DNA of 64,000 nucleotides from a virus (Duplodnaviria > Caudoviricetes). The translations under genes were made by a program, and so were the position numbers. The stretch covers positions 1,803 to 65,802 of the IMG/VR virus record IMGVR_UViG_3300032240_002419. One strand, 5' to 3'. The notes below the pieces were generated by a model. It did not search any database. It had not been told where the DNA came from and saw only the letters and a list, made by a program, of their open reading frames with translations. Of this stretch, positions 1 to 9,287 are shown in pieces. Each line of letters begins with the position of its first letter. The stretch's first letter is position 1.

Positions 1-2
1 AC

Positions 3-173
3 TGGCGTGGAGACAAAGGGGCCTTTGAGAGAATCTGCGAGCACGGTATCGGACACCCCGATCCTGACGACCGATATTACAAATCTAACGAGTACGCGGG
101 CATCCACGGATGCGATGGATGCTGCACTCCGCCAAACGAAAAATCAGAACACGACCTATTAAGAACCGTATGA
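3..173 (+). CDS. C-terminal part of small His/Cys-rich phage protein (5' truncated by window)
   Basis: Open frame WRGDKGAFERICEHGIGHPDPDD...GIHGCDGCC...* ending TGA 171-173, ATGA overlap with next ORF. Confidence 0.6.
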   Translation, partial: WRGDKGAFERICEHGIGHPDPDDRYYKSNEYAGIHGCDGCCTPPNEKSEHDLLRTV

Positions 174-352
174 GTGACCGAGTAGAGCGCAACTGGAAGA
201 TGGCAAATGCCGCATCCCCGAACGTGAGCCTTCCGCCGAGCAAGGCTTACCGGGACAACTACGTTTTAATATTCAAGCCCAGAAAACCAAAAACCCAAAC
301 CACCAAAACATGCAAACCACAGACCCGTACAAAGCCGGACAGGAAGAAATGA
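170..352 (+). CDS. hypothetical protein
   Basis: ATG at 170 overlaps upstream TGA (ATGA); MSDRVERNWK... Confidence 0.4.
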   Translation: MSDRVERNWKMANAASPNVSLPPSKAYRDNYVLIFKPRKPKTQTTKTCKPQTRTKPDRKK

Positions 353-495
353 GAGAGCGTATCTGCGCCCTCCTCCATCAGCACCATTACGAACTAGCGG
401 CCAAATACCACGGCCCCCAGAGCGAAATGGCTTTGCTCATCAAGAACATCATTCACGACATTCGTGAAGATCATGCTTCCGAACAGGAAAGCTGA
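310..495 (+). CDS. hypothetical protein
   Basis: 61-aa ORF after A/C-rich leader; TGATG coupling to deaminase. Confidence 0.6.
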   Translation: MQTTDPYKAGQEEMRERICALLHQHHYELAAKYHGPQSEMALLIKNIIHDIREDHASEQES

Positions 496-818
496 TGAGC
501 TGCGCAAAGAAACACGTCACCTGCGTCCTAGTAACCCCCTATGGGGAGAAGTTCGTAGGCACGAACAAATGCCTAGCCCCTCAGGACCACTGCCCCAGAG
601 AACCTTGGGAGGGCTACGAAAAATGCACCACCATCTGCCGCCAAGTTGGGCACGCTGAAGAAGTGGCCCTCCTTGAGGCAAAAGAAAAAGCAAAGGGAGC
701 CCGCGCCTTCATACATGGCATTGGTCATGTATGCCGGGTCTGCCAAGAGAAACTATTCGGAGCGGGAGTGATCTCGTTCTCGATCATCCAAAACCTCAAT
801 GAGCTTGAAGAAAAATAA
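495..818 (+). CDS. dCMP/cytidine deaminase family protein
   Basis: HAE motif (GHAEEVAL), CxxC (VCRVC), N-terminal SCAKKHVTCVLV as in dCMP deaminases. Confidence 0.8.
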   Translation: MSCAKKHVTCVLVTPYGEKFVGTNKCLAPQDHCPREPWEGYEKCTTICRQVGHAEEVALLEAKEKAKGARAFIHGIGHVCRVCQEKLFGAGVISFSIIQNLNELEEK

Positions 819-1341
819 CCTACTGGCCCTCTGTGGGCTGGCCGGAAGCGGAAAGACCTTTGCTTCCAATATGCTGATTGACCAATGGGATTTCCACCGC
901 CTGAAGTTTGCGGGTCCCATTAAGGACATGCTGACCGCGCTAGGTCTGACGAAAGAGTATCTGGAGGGTTGCTTGAAAGAGGAGCCCACCGATATGCTCT
1001 GTGGAAAATCTCCACGTCAGGCCATGCAAACCCTTGGCACAGAATGGGGGCGGACCCTCATGCACCCGAACTTCTGGGTTCAAGCTTGGAAGAACCGGGC
1101 AAGGGCCACCCTTTATAATGGTTTCAAGGTGGTCGTAGACGATTGTCGATTCCAGAACGAAGAGGATGCCGTTCGAGAACTGGGTGGCAAAATCATCCTG
1201 ATCAATCGTCCGGGAATTCAACCTGTGGCGTCTCACATATCGGAGCAATTCGTTCCCAAAGCTGACTTCGTGATTGAGAATTCCGGATCAATCTTTGACT
1301 TGAGGGTAAAACTTCAAGACATCATGAAGTCCCTTGAATGA
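799..1341 (+). CDS. deoxynucleoside monophosphate kinase
   Basis: P-loop GLAGSGKT, FAGPIK, SPRQAMQTLGTEWGR, VVDDCRFQNE, HISE motifs of phage dNMP kinases. Confidence 0.9.
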   Translation: MSLKKNNLLALCGLAGSGKTFASNMLIDQWDFHRLKFAGPIKDMLTALGLTKEYLEGCLKEEPTDMLCGKSPRQAMQTLGTEWGRTLMHPNFWVQAWKNRARATLYNGFKVVVDDCRFQNEEDAVRELGGKIILINRPGIQPVASHISEQFVPKADFVIENSGSIFDLRVKLQDIMKSLE

Positions 1342-2624
1342 AGACTCTGTATGATCGGCAGGAAAAGCACGTTCGCAATCTGTGCGGAATCCTGTCAGGC
1401 CATAAGTCAGTTCTAGACTCAAGCGAGACCGGAACCGGTAAGACGGTTTGCGGAGCCGAAGTCGCCCGTTTGTGCAGCGGGTCGACTTTGGTGGTCTGTC
1501 CCAAAGCCGTTATCCCGACATGGGAGCGAGAGCTCAAGGAACGGGGTGTCAAGGATTTCAACGTCATCAACTACGAGAAACTCCGTACCGGTAAAACCAA
1601 GTTCGGTAAGTGGGCCAATAAAAAGTGGGTGTGGACCATACCCGAGTCGCTGATCATTTTTGATGAGGCTCACAAATGCAGCGGGGTCTCCACGCAAAAC
1701 GCAAAGATGCTGATCGAGGCCAAAGACCGTCATTTCGTTATGATGCTCTCGGCGACGATAGCCAATAATCCGCTGCAAATGCGTGCGGCCGGATGGGTGC
1801 TGGGATCTCACATGCTGGGCAACTACTGGCAATGGTGCTTCAAGTACGGCTGCGTCAAAAACCGTTGGAACGGTGTCGAGTTCGCTGGTTCCGAGTCGCA
1901 CATTCAGGCACTGGCGGGATCTATAGCTCATCGCTGCGCCCGAATGAAAGCCTCGGAACTTGCGGATCATTTTGCCGAAACGCAGATCATCACCGAGCCC
2001 TTGAACTTTGGAAACGAAATCAAGGACATCTACGACGAAATGGAAAACGAGCTGGCAGAGCTGGAGGCTAGAGCAAAAACCGACAGCAAGAACAAAGCTG
2101 CCGAGGCTTTGGTGAAACAGCTACGCGCACGCCAACGAGTCGAGTTGCTCAAAGTGCCAGTCATCGTGGAGATGACGGAAGATCTTTTGGCAGAGGGAAA
2201 GAGCGTCGCAATCTTCGTGAATTTCAAACAAACGTTGGAGGCCCTATACGACAAGGTAGATCAACGGCTGGGGGTCGGCGTCATCCACGGAGATCAATCG
2301 GCCGAAACCCGACAGGCGAGTATCGAAATGTTTCAAGAAGATCGAGCTAGGATTATGCTGGCAAACGTAGCCGCTGGCGGAGTCGGGGTATCGCTTCACG
2401 ACGTCACGGGCAAGCATCCCCGAGCCGCGATCATCTCCCCCTCTTGGAACGAGAAGGACATTATTCAAGTCATTGGACGAGTCCATCGCGCTGGAGGAAA
2501 AACTCCTTCGATGCAACGAATACTGTTCGCCGCAGGAACGGTTGAGGAAAAGGTTCAGCAATCTGTCAACAAGAAAATAAAAAGATTAAATACTCTCAAC
2601 GAAATCGCTTGCGCGTCCGAATAG
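1338..2624 (+). CDS. SNF2-like SF2 helicase
   Basis: ETGTGKT, DEAH, SAT, QVIGRVHRAG motifs. Confidence 0.9.
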   Translation: MKTLYDRQEKHVRNLCGILSGHKSVLDSSETGTGKTVCGAEVARLCSGSTLVVCPKAVIPTWERELKERGVKDFNVINYEKLRTGKTKFGKWANKKWVWTIPESLIIFDEAHKCSGVSTQNAKMLIEAKDRHFVMMLSATIANNPLQMRAAGWVLGSHMLGNYWQWCFKYGCVKNRWNGVEFAGSESHIQALAGSIAHRCARMKASELADHFAETQIITEPLNFGNEIKDIYDEMENELAELEARAKTDSKNKAAEALVKQLRARQRVELLKVPVIVEMTEDLLAEGKSVAIFVNFKQTLEALYDKVDQRLGVGVIHGDQSAETRQASIEMFQEDRARIMLANVAAGGVGVSLHDVTGKHPRAAIISPSWNEKDIIQVIGRVHRAGGKTPSMQRILFAAGTVEEKVQQSVNKKIKRLNTLNEIACASE

Positions 2625-2636
2625 ACCGCATACGAT
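2609..2636 (+). promoter_or_regulatory. putative sigma70-like promoter for recombination/replication genes
   Basis: TTGCGC-N16-TACGAT about 30 nt upstream of ATG 2668. Confidence 0.35.
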
Positions 2637-2667
2637 CCAACGCACACCCTAACTACCAAACTACCAA

Positions 2668-3780
2668 ATGTCCCAAATCGTAACACACAAGGATTCCGCC
2701 ACTCGCCCCCACGCAGAATACTCACCCTCAGCCCTAAAAAACTATGAAGCTTGCCCGTCGTTCAAAGGCCGTTCCGGCACAAATCCGATCGCGGAAGCTG
2801 GGACGAGAATTCACGAAGCTGTCGAAAAAGCCGACGCAACCCTCCTCGTCGATGAGGTCGAACGATCCCTCGCTGAATGGTGCCTCGCTTTTCTGGCTCA
2901 CACCCGAGGAGAGAAAAGCCGGACTTCAAATCTCGTGGCTTCTCATCAGGAAATTTTTCTTACTATGCGACTTGGGGATCACCAGACTTTTGGCACGTCT
3001 GATCTGCTCGATCTATATTCCGACGGCACAGCTGTTATGTACGATTGGAAGACGGGGTACGGAGCGGTCGAAGACGCAGAAATCAACGCTCAGGTCCAAG
3101 CTTACGCCTTCGGGGCGTTTCAAAAGTTTCCCGAAATCAACGAGCTGGCTTGCTACTTGGTCCTCCCAAGAAGGCAGGAGATAAGCCATGCGGTCTACAA
3201 AAGGGAAGACATGGGTCGAATCCGTCTTCGACTCAGCACTATCATCGCTCGTGCGAAAATTGGAGAGGAGTACGTCCCCACAGAAGGCGTCTGCGATTAT
3301 TGCGCGAATCAGGGCCGATGCAAGGCTCTCGCGGAAAAAGCGCTCGTAGTTGCTCAGAAGGCCGGGTTTGCAGTACCCGCTACGCTCTCCCTTAACGGAA
3401 CAGCCGTTGAGAAGGGTCAGCTTAACAAGCTGGCTCAACTCATGGAAGGTTGGGCCGGAGAAACCAAGAAAGAACTTTTACGTCAAGCACTCGAGGACGG
3501 AGCTGAAATCAGCGGTTACAAGCTGGATAGACGCAGGACTCCTCGGGCTATTGACAATCCTCTAGTGGGGTACGATGCGGTCAAAGATCTCGTATCCGTC
3601 GAGGAATATCTGCTCGCTTGCTCTCGGGTAAGCGTTGCCGAGCTAGAAAAATTTGTAGCGGAACGCGCTCCCAGAGGCCACAAAACTGAGGCCAAACAAC
3701 ATCTGGAAGACGTTCTGAAACAAAGCGGTGCTCTCCGCGAGGAGGGCGTCGTGCATCTTCTTAAGCCAATTAAGGCGTAA
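2668..3780 (+). CDS. PD-(D/E)XK Cas4-like nuclease (DUF2800-like)
   Basis: HAEYSPSA..ACP, FGTSD..YDWKTG, QxQAY, C-terminal CDYCANQGRC. Confidence 0.85.
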   Translation: MSQIVTHKDSATRPHAEYSPSALKNYEACPSFKGRSGTNPIAEAGTRIHEAVEKADATLLVDEVERSLAEWCLAFLAHTRGEKSRTSNLVASHQEIFLTMRLGDHQTFGTSDLLDLYSDGTAVMYDWKTGYGAVEDAEINAQVQAYAFGAFQKFPEINELACYLVLPRRQEISHAVYKREDMGRIRLRLSTIIARAKIGEEYVPTEGVCDYCANQGRCKALAEKALVVAQKAGFAVPATLSLNGTAVEKGQLNKLAQLMEGWAGETKKELLRQALEDGAEISGYKLDRRRTPRAIDNPLVGYDAVKDLVSVEEYLLACSRVSVAELEKFVAERAPRGHKTEAKQHLEDVLKQSGALREEGVVHLLKPIKA

Positions 3781-3828
3781 GAATTGCAATTAACCAACAA
3801 CACCAAAACCCAAAATACCAAAACACGT

Positions 3829-4581
3829 ATGGCAGCTATAACATTCAATCCCAAGGGCGGAGCAGTCGTTAACACCCCCAAGGACGAAACCCCGGCACAG
3901 GTGACCCTAGAGGTAGCCACAGCTCAGAATCAATCTCTGGCTGTTACCCCTTCGCCTCTCCCCGATACCGGAAACATCACCCGCGACGACATTCTTCTCC
4001 CCCGAGTCAATCTGGTGCAGAAGTCTGGCAAACTTTGTGACGACTTCCCTCCGGGAAGCTTCCTGTTTGAAAAGCAGGTTGTGATTGCAAAACCGAGCGA
4101 AGGGTTTTTCGCCGTGGTCCTCGGACACACGAAGTATTATCAGGAGAAAGTCGAATACGGCTCGGACGATTTTGGCCGTCGCGCAAATACCGAAGACGAG
4201 GTCCGCAACATGGGCGGAACTACGACTTGGGGCGTTGCCGACAAGCCTTACTTCCAACCCGTGGCTGACCTTCTCATGGCCGTTAAGGCTCCTGAGGGCG
4301 CAGACGAAGAAACTCTGTCTCTGTTCCCGTTTGAGCACAAAGGAGAGCATTATGCGATTGCGGTTTACACGGTTGCTTCATCAGCCTATACCTCTCTCGC
4401 AAAGAGAATCTTCACGGACAGCCTTTATACTCTTAAGGCAGGTCTTCACCTCGGTGAGTACCACATCAAGAGTGAACTGAAGCGTAACGCAGCTAACAGC
4501 TGGTACGTTCCAGTCACCGGGATGCCTAAGAAGTACAACGATCCCGAGAAGGCGGAATTCTTCGCCAGCTTGAGGAACTAA
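3829..4581 (+). CDS. putative ssDNA-binding/annealing protein
   Basis: Position between DUF2800-like nuclease and PolA; DILLPRVNLVQ motif; aromatic-rich beta character. Function inferred. Confidence 0.55.
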   Translation: MAAITFNPKGGAVVNTPKDETPAQVTLEVATAQNQSLAVTPSPLPDTGNITRDDILLPRVNLVQKSGKLCDDFPPGSFLFEKQVVIAKPSEGFFAVVLGHTKYYQEKVEYGSDDFGRRANTEDEVRNMGGTTTWGVADKPYFQPVADLLMAVKAPEGADEETLSLFPFEHKGEHYAIAVYTVASSAYTSLAKRIFTDSLYTLKAGLHLGEYHIKSELKRNAANSWYVPVTGMPKKYNDPEKAEFFASLRN

Positions 4582-4589
4582 AACAATCA

Positions 4590-4705
4590 GGAGTCCTTGG
4601 AAGCCTAGGAGCTGGGAGAGAACCCCAGACCGTGGTTTAGCGGTGCCCGAAGTGATGGTCAGGCCCGCAATTACAAATCGCTAGGTGAACACTTCCAAGG
4701 GCTCC
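4590..4705 (+). ncRNA. candidate multibranched structured RNA upstream of DNA polymerase
   Basis: 14-bp closing stem GGAGTCCTTGGAAG (4590-4603)/CTTCCAAGGGCTCC (4692-4705), CCTAG/CTAGG, internal hairpins. Confidence 0.5.
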
Positions 4706-4724
4706 ACCCCCTTACCCTAACACT

Positions 4725-6518
4725 ATGCCCATCGCAGCTGTTGACTTTGAAAGTTACTACGACGACGAGATCAGTATTGGCACGCTCGGCGTTCATCATT
4801 ACTTACAGAAGACGGACATCTATCTCGTAAGCATCGCCACCGACACGGGGATAAAATACGTCGGTCACCCCAAAAATTTTGATTGGAGCCAAATCTCAGG
4901 GCCGGATTGGATCTGGTTATCGCACAATACGGGTTTTGACTGGCCCGTCTTCCTGCGTCTTCAGGAACTCGGAGAGGGAAACATCCTGTCTGTCACCGAA
5001 ATCGGCCAGTGGTATGATACCGCAGACCTTACAGCTTATCTTGGTTACCCTCGATCGCTGAAAGAGGCCAGCAAGTACCTCCTCGGGCAGGAAATCTCCA
5101 AAGACACCCGAGACAAGATGAAAGGCAAGGCTTGGGAGTCCATGACACCCGAATTCAGGGCAGAAGTTGAGGCTTATGCGCTCAAAGACGCCGAAAACTG
5201 CCTCAATTTGTGGCTTCATCATGGGCACAAATGGCCCGAAGACGAGCGGGAAATCAGTCAGGTAACCCGCGAAATGTGCTATCGGGGAGCTCCTTTAGAC
5301 GCAAAAGGGCTTGATGACGACATTCTGAAGCTGGAAACCGACCTCTGGAAGCTTAAACAAAGTATTCCATGGAAGGATACCCCACATCGCGATCCTGCCA
5401 AGGCAAGGAAGGGAGAGACTACGGCTATTCTGTCCCCAATCGCCATTCGCGAGGAGTGCCTGAAACACGGACTGGCGGCTCCCGCTAGTTTTGCCAAAGA
5501 CGACCCGGAAGCCGAAGAATTCTTTGAGAAATACGCTCAGACCTACACATGGGTTGGGGCTGTCAGGGATTACCGCAGGGCAACTAAGCACCTTGCCACG
5601 CTCAAGACGATGAAGAATCGCATGCGCGAGGATGGATGGATGCCATACGGGTTGAAATACTTTGGTGCTCACACGGGTCGCGACAGCGGTGACACCGGAC
5701 TCAACATGCAGAACCTACCCAAGGGACTAGTGGCCGGGGTTGACGTACGATCCAAGATCAAGGCTCCCAAAGGATACACCTTGGCCATCGTAGATTTGAG
5801 CCAGATTGAGCCGAGGTGCTTGCACTGGCTGGCCAACGACGACACGACACTTGAATACATCCGAGAAATCCCTGATCTGTACGAAGCACAGGCTCGTGCA
5901 TGGAAAATCTGGAACGGCGAAGGGAGCATGAAGAAAGAAGCTCCTGACGTTCGTCACATGATGAAACAGCTTGCCTTGGGTCTGGGGTATGGAATGGGAG
6001 ATAAGAAGTTCGCCGAGGTGGCGAGCGTAACTCCCGAAGAGGCCAAACGCCTTACCGCGCTATACCGTAAGAAAAATCCCAAAGTTCTTACCTTATGGAA
6101 ATCGTTGGAAAAGTCCATGCGCAAGGCGGTCTATGAGCCGGAGCGGACTTTCCACCTGTTGCTTCCCTCTGGTAGAATCATGAACTACCGAAACGTGGAA
6201 GTGAACGGCGACAAGCTGTCTGCCGCGATTTCTCGCCAAGGGAAACTCCTGCAGATGAGTGTGTGGGGCGGGGTTCTGACCGAAAACTTGGTTCAGGCCA
6301 CGGCACGCGAAGTCTTCATGCACCATTGTGCGGAAATCGAGAAAGCAGGGATTCCCGTCATCATGCGTGTCCACGACGAAGCGGTGTGTCTAGTTTCTGA
6401 AAAGAACGCAGAAGCAAAGCTTCAACAAATTATACAGATCATGTCCGTAGCTCCTTCATGGGCTCAAGGACTACCCCTCTCCGCAGAAGGATCACTCTCC
6501 AAAGTCTACAAAAAATGA
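4725..6518 (+). CDS. polA: DNA polymerase family A with 3'-5' exonuclease
   Basis: Exo DFESY, HNTGFD, YALKD; motif A DLSQIEPR, motif B RHMMKQLALGLGYG, motif C VHDE. Confidence 0.95.
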   Translation: MPIAAVDFESYYDDEISIGTLGVHHYLQKTDIYLVSIATDTGIKYVGHPKNFDWSQISGPDWIWLSHNTGFDWPVFLRLQELGEGNILSVTEIGQWYDTADLTAYLGYPRSLKEASKYLLGQEISKDTRDKMKGKAWESMTPEFRAEVEAYALKDAENCLNLWLHHGHKWPEDEREISQVTREMCYRGAPLDAKGLDDDILKLETDLWKLKQSIPWKDTPHRDPAKARKGETTAILSPIAIREECLKHGLAAPASFAKDDPEAEEFFEKYAQTYTWVGAVRDYRRATKHLATLKTMKNRMREDGWMPYGLKYFGAHTGRDSGDTGLNMQNLPKGLVAGVDVRSKIKAPKGYTLAIVDLSQIEPRCLHWLANDDTTLEYIREIPDLYEAQARAWKIWNGEGSMKKEAPDVRHMMKQLALGLGYGMGDKKFAEVASVTPEEAKRLTALYRKKNPKVLTLWKSLEKSMRKAVYEPERTFHLLLPSGRIMNYRNVEVNGDKLSAAISRQGKLLQMSVWGGVLTENLVQATAREVFMHHCAEIEKAGIPVIMRVHDEAVCLVSEKNAEAKLQQIIQIMSVAPSWAQGLPLSAEGSLSKVYKK

Positions 6519-8686
6519 AACTCTTTTCCCTACAAAATCTAACCACACATGTCGCAAACGTCACCGATGACGCCACGCTAGGCTCTTCGCCGAACCCTCG
6601 CCCTAATTTGGCCAATAAGCAGGCCTACAACGATTGGTGCAGGGCATCTACTACGAAGGGTTTCTTCATATCGGCTTGGGAGGGTATTAATCCTCAGGGT
6701 CGCGTGGTAGCACAGAATCCGGGCAGATTGCTGCACGGGATCATTGCTGACTACGACAACGCCAATGCGGCGTCCCTGCTGAACAATCTACCGACCAGCA
6801 CGTCCTATCTGCCGACGTGGGTCATCGACAGCTTCACCCCCGGAAAGTGCCGACTCATCTGGCCCTTCGAGAACCCGGTGATGGTCTCCAATCCGGAGCT
6901 TACCGAACAGTTCCTGAAGGTGCTGGATGAGAAGGTCAAGATCAGTGATGCGCTTCCCGGATTCGACAAGTCGAGCTGGAAGGACTCGCAGTACTTCGAG
7001 ATGGGGACCAACTGGAGGAAGATCACCGAAGCCCTACCGCTGGCTGATGCTCTGCTCGCTCAGTGCATGATGGAAGCGGGTACCCGCAAGCCGATTGACA
7101 CGGGCGACGTAGAGATTCCTCTGGACGTTATCGCCGAAGAGGTCGAGGCTCGCTGGCCCGGTCGCTGGCCTGTTGGAACATTCACGGAGGGCGTCGTGGG
7201 ACCCTTGTTCTGGATCGAGCCTTTCGTCAACCATCGCAGCTGTGCGGTGGCGGTCAACGGGATGATCTGCTATTCGGATCGCGCACCATCCAACTTCGTG
7301 CCTTGGAGAGCTATCTTGGGCAACAAGTTTGTGGAGAAGTACGAGCAGGACAAAGCTGCTCGGGTAGCGGAGATGTTCTGGTTCGACGGTGGGAACTACT
7401 GGACCGAGCAGAACTCGCCCGGATACTGGAGGACCTTCAGCCGGACGGATGCCCAGCTTCACCTCAAGAGTGCGGGCTGCAGCTTGCGTCAGCGCCGGGG
7501 TAAGCCGACCAACGAGGTCGAGGAAGTGCTCAAGTACATCCATGATCACCGGTATGTCAACATGGCGGTACCCCTGCTCTTCGAGCGCGAGAAGCTGGTC
7601 CACTACAACGGCAAGAAGCTGCTCAACATCTCCAACAAGATGGTCATGCAGCCTGCCGAGACCGGGGACCCGAAGGACTTTCCTTGGCTACACAACTATT
7701 TCATGAACTGCTTTGACGGGGACCAAGACGGGATTCCGGCAAAAGAGTTCTTCTTGGCTTGGTTCAAGCGGTTCTACCAGTCCAGCTACGAGGGCGACCC
7801 ACAACAAGGCCAGTCCATCGTCATAGCGGGCGAGGCTCATACGGGTAAGAGCTTCATGAGCCGTTGGGTCATTGGAGCCGCCCTAGGTGGTAGTTGCGAG
7901 GCCTCGGACTTCCTCCTCGGTAATACTAAGTTTAACGAGGAAGCGGCCCATAACGCGGTCTGGCTTTGCGACGATGCAGTCGCTCAGGGAGATCTCAAAA
8001 CTAAGCAGGAGCTGGCCCTACGACTCAAGGCTATGGCTGCCAAGCCGACGGTCCGGTACGAGCCCAAGTTCGTCAATGCCGCAGAGCTTCCGTTCAAGGG
8101 ACGGGTGGTGGTCTGCTGTAACGTGGACCCGGAGTCCCTCAGGATTCTCCCGACCATGGATGGTACCATCAAGGACAAGATCATGCTCTTCCGCATCGAC
8201 CCGGAATTCGCACCTGTCTTCCTACCTAAGAACTCGGAGAACGAGGGGCGGGTCATGCGGGAGATGCCCTTCTTCCTTCGCTGGCTCTTGGACTACCAAG
8301 TCGACGAGAGGGTGGTGGATCGGAAAAACACCCGGTTTGCGGTCAAGAGCTTCCATCACAGGGATCTCATTGACGAGGCCAACAGCGAACAGCCTGAGGC
8401 CCGTCTGGCGGAAATGATCGCCCAGATCATGAAGGTGAAGCGGGGCGACGTGAAGCCGGGTGCCACCTGCCGCATGAACGTCACCGAGCTGATGCAGGCA
8501 GCGGACGATGCTCAGGTCTCCCGTCACATTCAGTCGCTCGGGGGAATGCGTAACGTCGGCAAGCTGCTGCACAAAGTTATCGAACAAAACTTATCGCCTT
8601 TTATCACGGATCGGCCTAGAAAGATTAATGGTTATCCAACCTACACTTTCAACCCCCACCTTCATACCGAAGAAACCTACGACTGA
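6515..8686 (+). CDS. primase-helicase (AEP-like N-terminus, DUF5906/SF3-type P-loop ATPase)
   Basis: GIIADYD, Walker A GEAHTGKS, WLCDD; ATGA overlap with polA. Confidence 0.8.
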   Translation: MKLFSLQNLTTHVANVTDDATLGSSPNPRPNLANKQAYNDWCRASTTKGFFISAWEGINPQGRVVAQNPGRLLHGIIADYDNANAASLLNNLPTSTSYLPTWVIDSFTPGKCRLIWPFENPVMVSNPELTEQFLKVLDEKVKISDALPGFDKSSWKDSQYFEMGTNWRKITEALPLADALLAQCMMEAGTRKPIDTGDVEIPLDVIAEEVEARWPGRWPVGTFTEGVVGPLFWIEPFVNHRSCAVAVNGMICYSDRAPSNFVPWRAILGNKFVEKYEQDKAARVAEMFWFDGGNYWTEQNSPGYWRTFSRTDAQLHLKSAGCSLRQRRGKPTNEVEEVLKYIHDHRYVNMAVPLLFEREKLVHYNGKKLLNISNKMVMQPAETGDPKDFPWLHNYFMNCFDGDQDGIPAKEFFLAWFKRFYQSSYEGDPQQGQSIVIAGEAHTGKSFMSRWVIGAALGGSCEASDFLLGNTKFNEEAAHNAVWLCDDAVAQGDLKTKQELALRLKAMAAKPTVRYEPKFVNAAELPFKGRVVVCCNVDPESLRILPTMDGTIKDKIMLFRIDPEFAPVFLPKNSENEGRVMREMPFFLRWLLDYQVDERVVDRKNTRFAVKSFHHRDLIDEANSEQPEARLAEMIAQIMKVKRGDVKPGATCRMNVTELMQAADDAQVSRHIQSLGGMRNVGKLLHKVIEQNLSPFITDRPRKINGYPTYTFNPHLHTEETYD

Positions 8687-8687
8687 C

Positions 8688-8846
8688 ATGAAGCCAAAAT
8701 CACTCAGAACCATTCTTGTACGGTTAGATGAACAGGAAAAAAGGATCAAAGAGTTGGAGATAAGAGCGGTTATAATTGTAAGCATTGCGGTCGGCTGCCT
8801 AGCCGTGGCTATCGCTCAGATATACGTTCTATTCACTAGTCGATGA
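8688..8846 (+). CDS. small coiled-coil membrane protein
   Basis: MKPKSLR...; C-terminal hydrophobic AVIIVSIAVGCLAVAIAQIYVLF. Confidence 0.55.
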   Translation: MKPKSLRTILVRLDEQEKRIKELEIRAVIIVSIAVGCLAVAIAQIYVLFTSR

Positions 8847-9061
8847 GCGCCTATACGGAATCCAACTTCAATGCCTGTCTCGACGCTATCTGCATCATCA
8901 AGAAGCAGCGGGACACGGCAATCAGGATCGCAGAGTGCTTCGACATAGCGGGACTGGAAAAGCGGGACAGGTTGCTACTGAGCGAACGACTGGCCGACCT
9001 TCAGCGGGAGGTCCGGGACTTTCAGAACCGGAAGCAAAAGCAGAGCGCTAGTCCTTCTTGA
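8843..9061 (+). CDS. hypothetical protein
   Basis: 72-aa ORF, ATGA-coupled. Confidence 0.6.
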   Translation: MSAYTESNFNACLDAICIIKKQRDTAIRIAECFDIAGLEKRDRLLLSERLADLQREVRDFQNRKQKQSASPS

Positions 9062-9245
9062 TTCCAAAGGTTTCGTTGTGCCAGATACGAATCTGATCAC
9101 TGCAAAAGTGCAATACACGACCATCGGCGCATAGACAAACCGTCCACACATCGTTCTCGAACATGCCGCCACTCTCCACGTAAATCGCATACCCGTCACC
9201 GATAGGGGTGACAACAGGTATGGGTTTCTTAAACTCGTAGATCAT
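9048..9245 (-). CDS. hypothetical protein
   Basis: 65-aa ORF MIYEFKKPIPVVTPIGDGYAIYV... Confidence 0.65.
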   Translation of the reverse strand: MIYEFKKPIPVVTPIGDGYAIYVESGGMFENDVWTVCLCADGRVLHFCSDQIRIWHNETFGIKKD

Positions 9246-9287
9246 AACCTACAAACCGCCATGGCAAACTCAGACCTCAGTCTAAAT

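Noticed and set aside
2668-3780. Cas4 as part of a CRISPR system
   Set aside because: Solo Cas4-like/DUF2800 nuclease in a standard phage replication module; no other cas genes.
4590-4709. tRNA gene (GGAGTCC...GGGCTCCACCC looks like an acceptor stem)
   Set aside because: Closing stem is 14 bp, no TTCRA T-loop at the right position, no CCA, length ~116 nt.
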